This document shows positions 12,657-24,432 of a stretch of 64,000 bases of DNA, one piece after another. Numbering within the stretch: the stretch's first letter is position 1; each line of letters opens with the position of its first letter. The stretch comes from Blepharisma stoltei ATCC 30299 (lineage: Eukaryota; Protista; Ciliophora), in the NCBI GenBank assembly GCA_965603825.1, contig CBFDEM010000047.1:248001-312000 (forward strand). Reading direction: 5' to 3'. The translations under genes and the position numbers were made by a program. The notes under the pieces were generated by a model. The model made no database searches and was not told where the DNA came from. It was given only the letters and a program-made list of their open reading frames with translations.

Positions 12657-13165
12657 CTTTATGTATTTAAGTATTAATTATGCAAAATAATTGTGATATA
12701 AATGTGAGAACTTTTATAGTCCAAGCTATGCTTATTTACTATTCATTATTCATTATTAAAGCCTTATAGATAATTTTTGATTATTTTATTCTTTATATAG
12801 CATTTCTAAGATTCGATATTAATGAATTGATGAACATAAATAGATATTTCATAGTTCATTAGAATCTAATATAAACTAATTTATTGCTTTCAGCTAAAAT
12901 TCTTTGATATAAAACTATATTACTTGGTCTTTATTTTATTTATTTGCCATTATTTTTTTGAAAGCATAAATCTCCCTAATTTGTGTCGAAAAACGATGCA
13001 CACTTTATAAATTAAGAGAAATCGATATTTATTGAATTTAGAACACTATAAGAATAGCTATTTATGATTGCGATAAAAAATATTAGATTAGAGCTCAGCC
13101 TAGAATAGAATGAATTATAGTTAATCAGAAATCTCTTGATTACGTTGGCAAAATAAATAATAAAA

Positions 13166-15154
13166 ATGAAATTAACACCAGTCAATTGCATCATGTTTCT
13201 TAGCACTGTGACATCATTCATCATTCATGGAATTATTTCAACAAATTTTGAAAAGTTAGCTTTATTTGTACTTATTTCAAAACTACCCAAACGTCCTGCA
13301 TTGTATATATCGATTTTTGGCTCTATGATTATAACACTCATAACGAATTTTCCAGAAGATTTGCTATTTTTATCTGCTTTAATTTATATATTTCCCCAAA
13401 TCCTCAAATTAAGGCTTAGTTCAGCTGTCAATTGCTTTATTTGGTTAAGCATCATATGGCTCATATTTGCTGGCTATTTTAAATCAGGACAATTTGAATT
13501 ATTGACTATTATATGGACTTCAATAATATCCAGCTTAGAAATTTCAAAACAAACAAAATTTGATGAAATTTTGAAAGAAAAAGAAGAATTAGCTAAAAAA
13601 TGCAAAAGGTTAGAAACAGAAGTTTCCATAATTGAAGCCAGTCAGCGAACTCCTTCTGCAAAAAGAACTTCAGAGCTTATAAATAAGCTCAAACATTTAT
13701 CTAATACTTTTATGCAAGGAGATACTCCAGGCTCATCAATGAGAAGTTCTCGATTTGGAAATGAGTCGCTAACTTTCTCCTCATATTTATATAGCCATCG
13801 AAATATTTATACAGATGAAACTGAGAGTTCAGATTTCATTACAAATGATGAAATCAAAGAAATTATTGCTTCCTTAATCAGCCAAGACTACTTATTTTGA
13901 AATCCTGAAAAAGGTCACGTGACTGATCTCAATCTTCTGGAAATAGGGAAAAATCAAATGAATCTATATACACAAACAGACGACTCAGTCCCTGAATCGC
14001 CTAGTAGACGAAGAAAGCTGTCCAATCCACTTCTAGTGAAGCGTTTAACCACAATGAAAACGTCATGCATTGATAATAAGTCTTTATTTGAAACTCTAAA
14101 TGAATTAGGCAGATGAGATTTTGACCAATTTAAGCTACTTGAGCTGACAAAAAATCCAACTTTTGAAGTCGGCAGATATATTTTCGATTTTCTAGATTTT
14201 ATGGGAATTTTTGACATTGACGAGCATAAACTAGATAGGTTTTTGACAGTTGTAGAGAACGGGTACAAAAAAGAAAATTATTACCACAATTCATTGCATG
14301 CTGCTGATGTAGCTGCTTCAGCAATGTTTTTGATTCAGCAAGGACTTGAACTTGGAAATGGCCTTGAAGATATTGATAATTTAGCTATGATTATTGCTGC
14401 GCTTTGCCATGATATTGAGCATCCTGGGGTAAATAATCCATATTTGGTTATTAGCCAAGATTCTTTAGCATTTAAATATAACGATCAAAGCGTTTTAGAG
14501 CATATGCATGCAAATAGAACTTTTCAAATTCTCAGTGAAGATAAAACTAATATTTTAGCAAATCTTGCTAAGGTCGATTATCAGAGATTCAGAAAAATAA
14601 CGATTCAAGCAATTTTAGGAACAGATTTACAGGTTCACTTTGACAAATTAGCTGATTTCAAATCAATGATTTCCAAGAGGCTCAATTTTTCGGATGATAA
14701 ATTTAAACTGCTTTCTTTGCAGATGTGTATAAAGTGTGCAGATATAGGCCATGGAGCAAAAACTCTTGATCTTCACAAAAAGTGGTCTAATTTAATTACA
14801 AAAGAGTTTTTTAAGCAAGGTGACCTTGAAAGAAGACGAGGATTCCCTGTCACACCGCTTTGTGACAGAGAAAGCGTAGTGTTAAGCAAATCTCAAGAAG
14901 GATTTCTAAAAGTACTTGTAAGGCCACTATTCGAGCTCTGGGAAGAATTTTTGGAACTTCATGCAGCTGAAGAGAACAAAGATATTGCCATTTACACATT
15001 TGAAGCGTGCTTGAGCAATATTAGATGCAATATAGAATACTGAGATAATGAGTATATTTTATATAAAGATTGAAAACAAACATTTTTCCTTGACGATTTG
15101 CCTCCGCCTATGCTAAAGAAACATTCAACTCAAATACCGAACGGAATTAATTAA
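13166..15154 (+). CDS. membrane-anchored class I cyclic-nucleotide phosphodiesterase, copy 1
   Basis: Hydrophobic N-terminus; YHNSLHAADV, AALCHDIEHPG, YNDQSVLE, IKCADIGH, EFFKQGD. Four TGA read as Trp; TAA at 15152-15154. Confidence 0.93.
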
Positions 15155-15310
15155 ATGATATATTAAATAATTTCAGTACTTGAAGCTGCCATTAATTTAA
15201 TTAGATTTAATTTATTAACCTTTCTAATGAAATAAATAATAAATTACCGTTTATTTTAGTATAATGTAATATTTGTTGAAAAATGCATGCCAGAAAAAAT
15301 TTATAATTAA

Positions 15311-17287
15311 ATGAAATTAACACTTGCCAATTCGATCCTATTTTTGAGCTCATTAACATCTTTTATCATTCGCGGAATTTATCCAGCAAATTTTGTCAAG
15401 TTTGGCTTATTTATTCTTATTTCACGGTTTCCAAAAAGAATTGAATGGTCAATAGCTATTTTGAGCTCGATGATCCTGGCACATATAACATCTTTTCAAG
15501 AAGATTTACTATTTTTATCAGCTTTAATATATTCTTTTCCTCAAGACTGTAAATTACAAAAAAACTCAACAATAAACTTATACATTTTGATTAATATTGC
15601 CTGGCTTATTGTTTCAGGATATTTTAGAGCAGGTCAAATTGAACTACTTTTTATTATAGGTATATCTTTTATCTCTGTTTGAGACATATCACAATCTATA
15701 AAACTTAATAAGCTAGAAGCAGAAAATATTGAGTTATTGAAAAGATGTGCAACTTTTGAACAGGAAAGAATAGGCATCGAAGCCAGTAAACTAGTTCCAT
15801 CCTTCAAAAGAACTGCAGAACTAGTCGAAAAACTGAAAAAAATATCAAATCCTTTAACTGGTAATGCTTCTCAACAAAAATTGCATATTATTTTTCAAAG
15901 TGAAGGACACCCAGATAATCCAAAATTCTTGAAAAGAAGTTCCTCAAATGAGTCAAGTAACTCAAATTTCATCACAAATGATGAAATAAAGGAAATTATT
16001 GCTTCTTTAATAAGCCAAGATTATCTAATTTGCAACCAAGGAAGAGTTAAAGCTTCTGATTTTAATATTGCTGAAATAGGTAAAAATCAAATGGACTTGT
16101 ATACACAAGTTGACGACTCATTGCCTGAAACTACAATGCGGCCTAAAAAATATAAACTAAAAACATTTGTTCAGAGATTGATTACTATGAAATCATATTG
16201 TGATGATAACGAATCTTTGAGTAAGGCTCTTGGAGAATTAGGGATGTGGGATTTTGATTCCTTTAAGTTAATTGAATTTATAAATAACCCAGCTTTTGAA
16301 GTTGGAAGATACATTTTTAGGATGACGGGGCTAATTTTAACTTACGATATTGATGAACATAAGCTGGATAGGTTTTTAACAGTTGTGGAAAATGGCTATA
16401 AGAATCAGAACTATTATCACAACTCATTGCATGCTGCAGATGTTGCTGCTTCAGCAATTTTTTTAATACAAGAAGGAATTGAATTGGGAAATGGTTTAGC
16501 TGATATAGATGTTTTCTCTTTGATTATAGCTGCACTTTGCCATGATGTTGGACATCCAGGTGTTAATAATCCCTTCTTAATAGCTAGCAAAGATCCGTTG
16601 GCATTTAAATATAATGATCAAAGTGTTTTAGAACATATGCACACAAATACCACATTTCAAATTCTAAGTGAAGATAAAACAAATATTCTGGAAAATTTTT
16701 CAAAATCGGACTTCCAAAGGTTCAGAAAAATAACTATCCAAGCAATACTTGGAACAGATTTGCAGATTCATTTCGATAAACTCTCAGACTTTCAAGCAAT
16801 GCTGTCTAAAAAGCTTACTTTTTCTGATGACAAGTTTAAGTTGCTTGCTTTGCAAATGTGCATAAAATGTGCTGATATCGGGCATGGAGCGAAAACTCTT
16901 GAGCTTCATAAAAGATGGTCAAGTTTAATAACTAAGGAATTCTTCAAGCAAGGAGACTTGGAAAGGCGAAATGGATTAGCAGCCTCACCTCTCTGTGATA
17001 GAGAAAGCGTTATAATAAGCAAATCTCAAGAAGGGTTTCTTAAGGTTCTTGTAAGACCTCTTTTTGAAAGCTGGGCAGAATTTTTAGAAATTCATGCTAG
17101 CGGAGATAATAAAGAAAAGGCAATCAGTAAATTCGAAGTATGCATCACCAATATATTATGCAATATTGAATATTGGGACAACGAATACAATCTATTCAAG
17201 GAAGGGAAGCAAGGCTTTTTCCTCGATAATATGCCTCCTCCATTGCGAAAGAAGCATGCAACCCAAATAATCAACGGATTTAAGTAG
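15311..17287 (+). CDS. membrane-anchored class I cyclic-nucleotide phosphodiesterase, copy 2
   Basis: Same architecture and motifs; ORFs 15311..15682 and 15737..17287 are joined by one TGA. Confidence 0.93.
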
Positions 17288-17518
17288 TCTATATATTAAA
17301 TATGATTAAATTTAATATTTGCTACATTATTAATAAAATTTATTAGGAGTTTTTAAAAATTTTTTTATTAAAAAAAATATTTTTAGATGAATTGTTTTTA
17401 AAACGATAAGTTTATTGTTTAAAATCATGACTTTCCATACCTTATGACTGTAGCAATTGTAAGCCCAAGTTTGGCATTATTCAGATATACATATCAAGTG
17501 GAAAAAAATTATAATTAA

Positions 17519-19507
17519 ATGAAATTAAAGGCATCCAATTCTATTTATATTTTATGGGCTCTGACTTCCTTTATCATTCATGGATTTTGCCCAACAAGCT
17601 TAGCAAAAGTCGGATTATTTGTTATTACTTCCTGTCTTCCACAAAGTATTGAATGGCCGATAGCAATTTTGAGCTCAATGATCTTAACTCTTATAGCATC
17701 TTTCCAAGAAGATTTATTATTTTTATCAGCTTTGATTTATGCACTTCCTCAAGTTTGTCAACTCCAATTAGATTCAACCATCAATTTGTACCTTTTAATT
17801 GATATTATCTGACTAATTCTTTCTGGATACTTTCAGAGTGGCCAAATAGAACTACTTTTTATTATAAGTATATCTTTTCTTTCTATTTGGAACATATCAA
17901 TATATACAAAATTCAGCCAATTAAGAGAAAACAATTTTCAATTGGAGAAAAAGTGTGTAGCTTTGGAGCAGGAAATTTCTTGCATTGAAGCCAGCAGACT
18001 AATTCCTTCATTTAAAAGGACTGCAGAACTTGTAGAAAAACTGAAAAAATTGTCGAATTCTTTAATGCCAAACGCCTCTAGACAAAGCTTGCATGCAAGG
18101 TTTAAAAGTGAAGTGCAGCTAGATAGGCCTGAAATTTTAAAAAGAAGTGCTTCTAACGAAGTAAGTAATTCAAATTTTATAACAAATGATGAAATAAAAG
18201 AAATTATCGCTTCCCTGATTAGTCAAGACTATCTAATTTGTAACCAAGGAAAAATTAAAGCTTCTGAATTCAATCTTGCTGAAATTGGAAAAAACCAAAT
18301 GGATTTGTATACACAAGTAGATGATTCACTTCCAGAAACTACAGTAAGAGCAAAACATCCAGAGCCAGGCAAATCATTTTTCCAACGCCTAACTACTATG
18401 AAGTCCTATTGTGATGATAACGAATCTTTATCTGAAGCTCTAGAAGAGCTTGGAACTTGGGATTTCGACTCATTTAAGCTAATTGAATATGTAAATAACC
18501 CAGCCTTTGAAGTTGGCAGATTTGTTTTCAGGACGTTAGGACTAACTACAACTTATGATATAGACGACCATAAACTCAATCGATTTTTAACTGCAGTAGA
18601 GAGTGGCTATAAAAAGAAAAATTACTATCACAATTCATTACATGCCGCAGATGTTACAGCTTCAGCTGTATTTTTGATACAAGAAGGGATAGAATTAGGG
18701 AATGGTTTGGCTGATATAGATATTTTTTCTTTGATCATCGCTGCACTTTGTCATGATATTGGACATCCAGGTGTTAATAACCCCTTTTTAGTAGCTAGCA
18801 AAGATCCTTTAGCATTTAAATATAACGATCAAAGTGTTTTAGAGCATATGCACACAAATACCACGTTTCAAATTCTTAGTGAAGATAAAACAAATATTCT
18901 TGTAAATTTAACGAAGTCAGATTACCAAAGATTTAGAAAAATAACTATCCAGACTATACTTGGAACAGATTTGCAGATTCACTTTGATAAGCTTGCAGAC
19001 TTTAAATCAATGCTGTCTAAAAGACTTACCTTTTCTGACGACAAGTTTAAGTTACTTGCTTTACAAATGTGCATTAAATGCGCTGATATTGGACATGGGG
19101 CTAAAACTCTTGATTTACATAAAAAGTGGTCAAATCTCATTACAAAAGAATTTTTCAAGCAAGGCGATTTAGAAAGAGGGCATGGATTTACTGTCACACC
19201 TCTCTGTGACAAAGATAGCGTTATAATCAGCAAATCCCAAGAAGGGTTTTTAAAAGTCCTCGTCAGGCCTCTTTTTGAAAGCTGACTAGAATTTCTCGAG
19301 CTCCACGTCAATAAAGAAAATACCGAAGAAGCACTCTCTTCTTTTCATATATGCATTACAAACATCCAAAGCAACATCGAATTCTGGGACAACGAATACA
19401 GGTTATTCAAAGAAGGAAAGCAAGAATTTTTCCTCGATGAGCTTCTCCCTCCTCTCCTTAAGAAGCATTCAACCCAAATCATGCTGCCAAGATTCAAGTA
19501 CAATTAA
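17519..19507 (+). CDS. membrane-anchored class I cyclic-nucleotide phosphodiesterase, copy 3
   Basis: Same motifs. TGAs at 17810 and 19283 align with TGG in the paralogs; TAA at 19505-19507. Confidence 0.93.
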
Positions 19508-19550
19508 ATATTATTTTTTCTTATATAAGACTAAAATTTGTAAACTTAAA

Positions 19551-20348
19551 ATGGAGGGGCAAGACTTAAGAGTAAGGCTTGCAGAAGCTTTAAATACTTA
19601 TGGCCTAAAGCAAGTTAACGTTGCAAAAGACACAGGCATCCATCACACAACTCTCAGCCTTTGATTAGGTGGAAGAATAAAAGGAAGCAATCCAAAAATC
19701 GAAAACGAAGTCGAAGCGTGACTAAATAATTTAAGTGTTTCGCGGCCTAAAGAACTTGGCCCAGTTAGAACTGACATCACTAGATTCCTCCGGATCACCC
19801 ACAGCCAAAATGAGCTGCCTGGAGAAGAGAGCGAGCTGATTCCAATCAGAATTGACATAGAAATCGAAGGTAGACGTGTAAAAGAAGCAATTTGTTGGGA
19901 AAGCCAAGAACCTTATTTCACTCCTCAGAGCTTTGCTGAAATTCTGTGTGAAGACTTATCCCTGCCACAGCCTTTTCAGAAAGAAATCGCTGGAACTATT
20001 GAAAAAAGAATACAAAGGCATGAAAATTATAATTGGAATGTGGGAGAATGCATACAGATTATTGATATTGAAATAAGAATGGAAAACATGATATTGAGAG
20101 ACAGGTTTCTTTGGGATATCAACAATAAAGAAAATAGTCCTGAGTTTTTTGCACAGTGCTTGTGTGCTGATTTAGGGCTTGGAGGAGATATAGCTGTACA
20201 AATTGCTTATATTATTAGGGAAAGGATTGCGTACCTGCATAAACATTTAGTGACGATGAGGCCTGGATCTGTGCCGATAAATGCAATTTATAGGGATAAC
20301 CCTCACGAGTGGGAACCAAAATTGAAATTATTAAATAACATTATGTAG
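19551..20348 (+). CDS. SNF5/SMARCB1-family protein with N-terminal XRE-like HTH
   Basis: With TGA=W: GLKQVNVAKDTGIHHTTLSLWLGG (HTH), then LIPIRIDIEIEG..TPQSFAEILCEDL (Rpt1) and LRDRFLWDI..SPEFFAQCLCADLGL (Rpt2). Confidence 0.85.
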
Positions 20349-20620
20349 ATTCAAATAGTGCAGGCTCATTAGTAATTTTCATATTGAATATTAAATAATA
20401 TATGGATCAACATTAATAATTTTTTTTGTTTATATATCTTATGCCATTTATTAATATTAGATTTATAATTTCACAGATGCGCCATAATCTGAAGCGCTTT
20501 CTTTCGGACTCTAGCAAGGCTATAAGATGAAAATTTTCATTACATATTCTATTTATCAGCAAGAAAAGGAAAATATTAATGTGAGTCAATTCCATTTTAT
20601 CAATAATCCGATTAGACTAC

Positions 20621-21682
20621 TTATTCTTCAGCAGCATTATCAAGACTCCAGACCTTGATGTAATCGATTTTGAGTGCGGCATCTTCACCACTCCAGGTTG
20701 GCTGCCAAGCACCACGGTTGTTCCAGAAAGAGTCTACAGAGTGCTGATCGGTATCAGACCATGGCTTGCCTCCAACGCCATCAGGGAAGTATCCTGAAGT
20801 TCCTCCACAAGCCACGTTAAGAGTGAAGTAGAATTCCTGATCAAAAGGAGCATTAAGCCCTGCACCAGCCCAAGGGTTATTGAAATTAGTTGGGAAGTTT
20901 CCTCTTTGCCAGAAGCTAATCTTGGTCATATCGACATCCAAAACAATATTACTTGGAGTATCAAAATAAGTATAAAGTCTGTCCTTAGACCAGTAAAGTC
21001 CATAGACATGGAAATCATCTGCAAGAGATGTAGGGTTATTATATTCCTTGTGGGTTAATGGATACTTATTATTAGCCCAATCAGGCCCCCAGTGAAGAGT
21101 AGAAGCAAATTGATTATTCCCACCTGCAGGATAAGATGGTGCGTTTCCACGAGACTCCATGATATCGATTTCTCCAGATGCTGGCCATCCTCCATAAGAG
21201 TTGTAATTTGGAAGCATCCAAATGGCAGGCCAAAGCCAATCCCCTCTAGGCAATTTTGCTCTGACTTCAACTCTTCCGTATTTGAACTTAAAAGTGTCAG
21301 CTGTTCTCAGCCTTGCTGACCTTACTGGATTAATAACATTTCCAGACGCAGCAGCGTTTCTTTCACATCCGTAGAACTGGTTACCTGTGCAAGCATCAGC
21401 AGGACTGCCTCCCCAGATATTAACGTCTCCAGACTGCAATGTGGTCATCCCAATGGCGTCTTCAGTCATAGTTGGCATGATGTAGAGAGTGGAGTTCTTT
21501 ACATAACTGTTGGAACGGTTGTTGACATACCACTCGAATTCCCAGTTACCACCACCTGACATGGTGATTTCGTGCCTCCACACCCTGAAGTCAAGGGTTT
21601 TGAAGTCGTCTTGGAAAATGAGGGTTTCGGCTGAGCACCCAATAACTAATGCCATGCATATCAAAGCTAAGCTTGGCGACAT
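20621..21682 (-). CDS. secreted GH16 beta-1,3-glucanase / beta-glucan-binding protein
   Basis: Signal peptide; LIFQDDF, GGGNWEFEWY, FKYGRVEVRAKLPRGDWLWPAIWMLP, WPASGEIDIMES (ExDxxE intact), APFDQEFY. Confidence 0.93.
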   Translation of the reverse strand: MSPSLALICMALVIGCSAETLIFQDDFKTLDFRVWRHEITMSGGGNWEFEWYVNNRSNSYVKNSTLYIMPTMTEDAIGMTTLQSGDVNIWGGSPADACTGNQFYGCERNAAASGNVINPVRSARLRTADTFKFKYGRVEVRAKLPRGDWLWPAIWMLPNYNSYGGWPASGEIDIMESRGNAPSYPAGGNNQFASTLHWGPDWANNKYPLTHKEYNNPTSLADDFHVYGLYWSKDRLYTYFDTPSNIVLDVDMTKISFWQRGNFPTNFNNPWAGAGLNAPFDQEFYFTLNVACGGTSGYFPDGVGGKPWSDTDQHSVDSFWNNRGAWQPTWSGEDAALKIDYIKVWSLDNAAEE

Positions 21683-22142
21683 TATAATTATTATTATCCA
21701 CCACATTTGGGAGAACTTTATGCTAGTGACATAGGCATGTCGAATAATTAGATTCAGTATGGCTGAGGCGAACCATAATAAAAATGGAATAACTTAAGAT
21801 AAACAGTTGCGCTTGTGAGGATTCATAAATTACTATTTATCATTGATTTTAATTAAATAATTGAGATTTGAGCTTAATAGATATTTAAAAAACGATTATT
21901 ATGACTTCAGAAGGAATAACTTCTAAGGAATTTATATACAAGCTAAAAGAAGTTCCGATTCATTAAGAAAAAATTTATACTCCCAAGGCAAAATCCCAAA
22001 GTAAAGCAAATAAAGCTATTATCGACTGAATTCTAGTCGTAAAGAGGATTACATGAATTTTAATAAAAATTAACAGCAATTTTTGTATATGGATTGTCAT
22101 TTTAAGCATAAGGATTAGGCAATACACAATCAGAAATTTAAA

Positions 22143-23102
22143 ATGTCAGCAATATGACTGGACTGCGATCCTGGTCATGATGATGCAATGGCAATTATTC
22201 TTGCAGCATATTCTGCCAATTTATTAGGAATTAGCACTTCAGCTGGAAATCAAACCATACACAAAACAACTAGAAACGCAATTAGGGTTTTAAGTGCAAT
22301 TGGAAAATCTTATATTCCTGTAGTAAAAGGGCAGGCAGCTCCTTTAATCCGCCCATCCATGGTATGTGCAGAAATACATGGCGAATCAGGGTTAGACGGC
22401 CTGAATGACAAGCCGTTATTTGATGAAGTCGATATTAGCCATATCCAAGGTCCAGCCCCGCCTGTAATGTATGAACAAATCCGACGATATTTCTATCTCA
22501 CAGGCCAAAAAGTCAGACTTGTAGGGACTGGGTGTCTTACAAACATCGCTCTATTGCTTGTTCTTTATCCTGACGTGAAGAGCATGATTGATATTAGTAT
22601 AATGGGCGGAGCCATTGGAATTGGAAATATCAGCCCTTCAGCTGAGTTTAATATTTTATTAGATCCTGAAGCTGCAAAAATTGTATTTGAAAGCGGAGTG
22701 GACTTAGTTATGATCCCCTTAGAAGTAACACATACAGCCCTAGTCACAAATGAAGTGCTGCAAAAAATTGGAAATAGCACTCCTTTTACTGCAAAAATCT
22801 GTGAACTATTGAATTATTTCAGAAAAAATTACAAAGAAGTGTTTGACTTTGCAGATCCTCCACTGCATGATCCACTTGCAATTGCATATGTTTTAAGACC
22901 TGATCTTTTTACAGGAAGATCAATGAGGGTTGACATAGAAACTCAAAGTGATTATAGCTACGGACGAACAATATGTGACGTCTGAAATAAAAGCACAATG
23001 AAAAAGAACTGCTGGGTCGCTACAAAGGTAGAACTTGATGGCTTTTGGGACTTAATGATCCAAGCAGTTGAACTCGCAGACTCTAGATCAAGTTTAAACT
23101 AA
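22143..23102 (+). CDS. inosine/uridine-preferring nucleoside hydrolase
   Basis: MSAI-W(TGA)-LDCDPGHDDA, IHGESGL, AEFNILLDPEAA, PPLHDP; TAA at 23100-23102. Confidence 0.95.
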
Positions 23103-23135
23103 TATATAATAAATATCCCACTATGAGATAATTAT

Positions 23136-24153
23136 TTAAGGCGATTTCTTTAATGTGAGTAAGTCGATGTCGACTACGTTCTTAGCTTTGACTCCTTTAT
23201 TATGCAGAGTTTTGACAACTAACTCAATGTTCTCTTTTTTCTTTGTCCCAATCACTAAAGTCTCAATTTCTCCTTTGGCCTTGATATTTTGGGCTTTTCC
23301 AGGGCACACAATCAGAACTTTAGCATGCTGCGCATTATAGACACTCAGCCCATCTTCTTCAGGAGCAAATACAGTTTTAGCACCAACAAAGCTGGTACCT
23401 AAAACACTTCCGAAAGTCAGTGGATACTTATGCACTAAAGTGTTCACAACTGTGTCTCCTCCTTTTATTCCTACCTTTTTTGCAAAATCAGCTGCAAAGT
23501 TAACTAATTCTTCTTGAGTGTGGGAAGAGCCAAGATGGGAAAAGTTTGGGGTATTGGCCTTTACTTCAAAATTATTCATAGGATTAAGGGTTTCTTCCAA
23601 TTCTGCATAGACAGGGATTTGCTTCATTTTCAAGCTTCCTCTTATAGTAGAAAACCCTGTTTGGATGACTCCTTTGAGTTCAGGGAACTTTTTGCTCTTA
23701 AGAAGACTGCCTGCGTTGGTTTTTGACATTTCTGGGATATGATTCAAGAGATAGTCAATATGATAGTAGCCTTCAAAGCTTTCCCAAGGAGACAGAATAA
23801 GCAGTTTGGCAGATTTCATGCTTGACTCGAAATGTTCTGTTGAATCTAGACTTATCACTTCAAAACCAGCTTTAGCACATGCCAGATTAAGGATTAAGGA
23901 CTCTGGATATTCTTTGTATGCAAGCCAAGTAACGACTTTATCACCTGGATGTAGGCCTAGCTCTGCGAGACCCATGGCGTAGGCTTGAGAATATCTCTGC
24001 ATTAGAAATTACATTTACTTCTTTGAAGGTCCATCTTGTTTGTTTACCGAGAAAATGCCAAGCGTCTCTGTAAGGGAACTGATTTAGTTGAGCTGCAAAT
24101 GCTTTTTCTATTGGCCCACCTGAATATAGTCTCTGAATGGTTTTTCCAAGCAT
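23136..24153 (-). CDS. truncated acyl-CoA-synthetase-like (ANL-fold) protein, probable mitochondrial presequence
   Basis: RWTFKEVN/RYSQAYAMGLAELGLHPGDKV after removing a 16-nt intron; NLACAKAG. No SSGTTG adenylation loop; about 333 aa. Confidence 0.75.
23997..24012 (-). other. 16-nt intron GTAATTTCTAATGCAG
   Basis: Removal joins ORF 23941..24153 to ORF 23136..24002 in frame. Confidence 0.88.
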
Positions 24154-24432
24154 TTTTTAATAGAAATTATCTCGAAATTATTTTATAATAAGGAAATTGA
24201 GAATTCGAGAAGATAATTTTAATATAATTTAATCACATATTTAAATTCATATCTATGTTAACTTAAAAGCGTTAGAAAAATAGTAATATCATTATGCTTG
24301 TTTATCTTAAACCTACATCATATCTTAAAATAAAGGTGAAATAGAATTATATAGCTATAATGCTGCAGTATCCATTGAATTACAGAATATTGATTTAATA
24401 AGATTAAATAGTTTTAATAGAGTTCATAATTC

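Noticed and set aside
13898-13900. UGA=Cys or selenocysteine, since this TGA aligns with TGC/TGT in PDE copies 2 and 3
   Set aside because: Isolated case in a variable linker; most informative TGAs align with Trp/TGG, and no SECIS could be supported.
13166-19507. PDE, K+ channel, kinase and TPR genes as fragmented pseudogenes
   Set aside because: All breaks are TGA only, with frame and catalytic motifs preserved.
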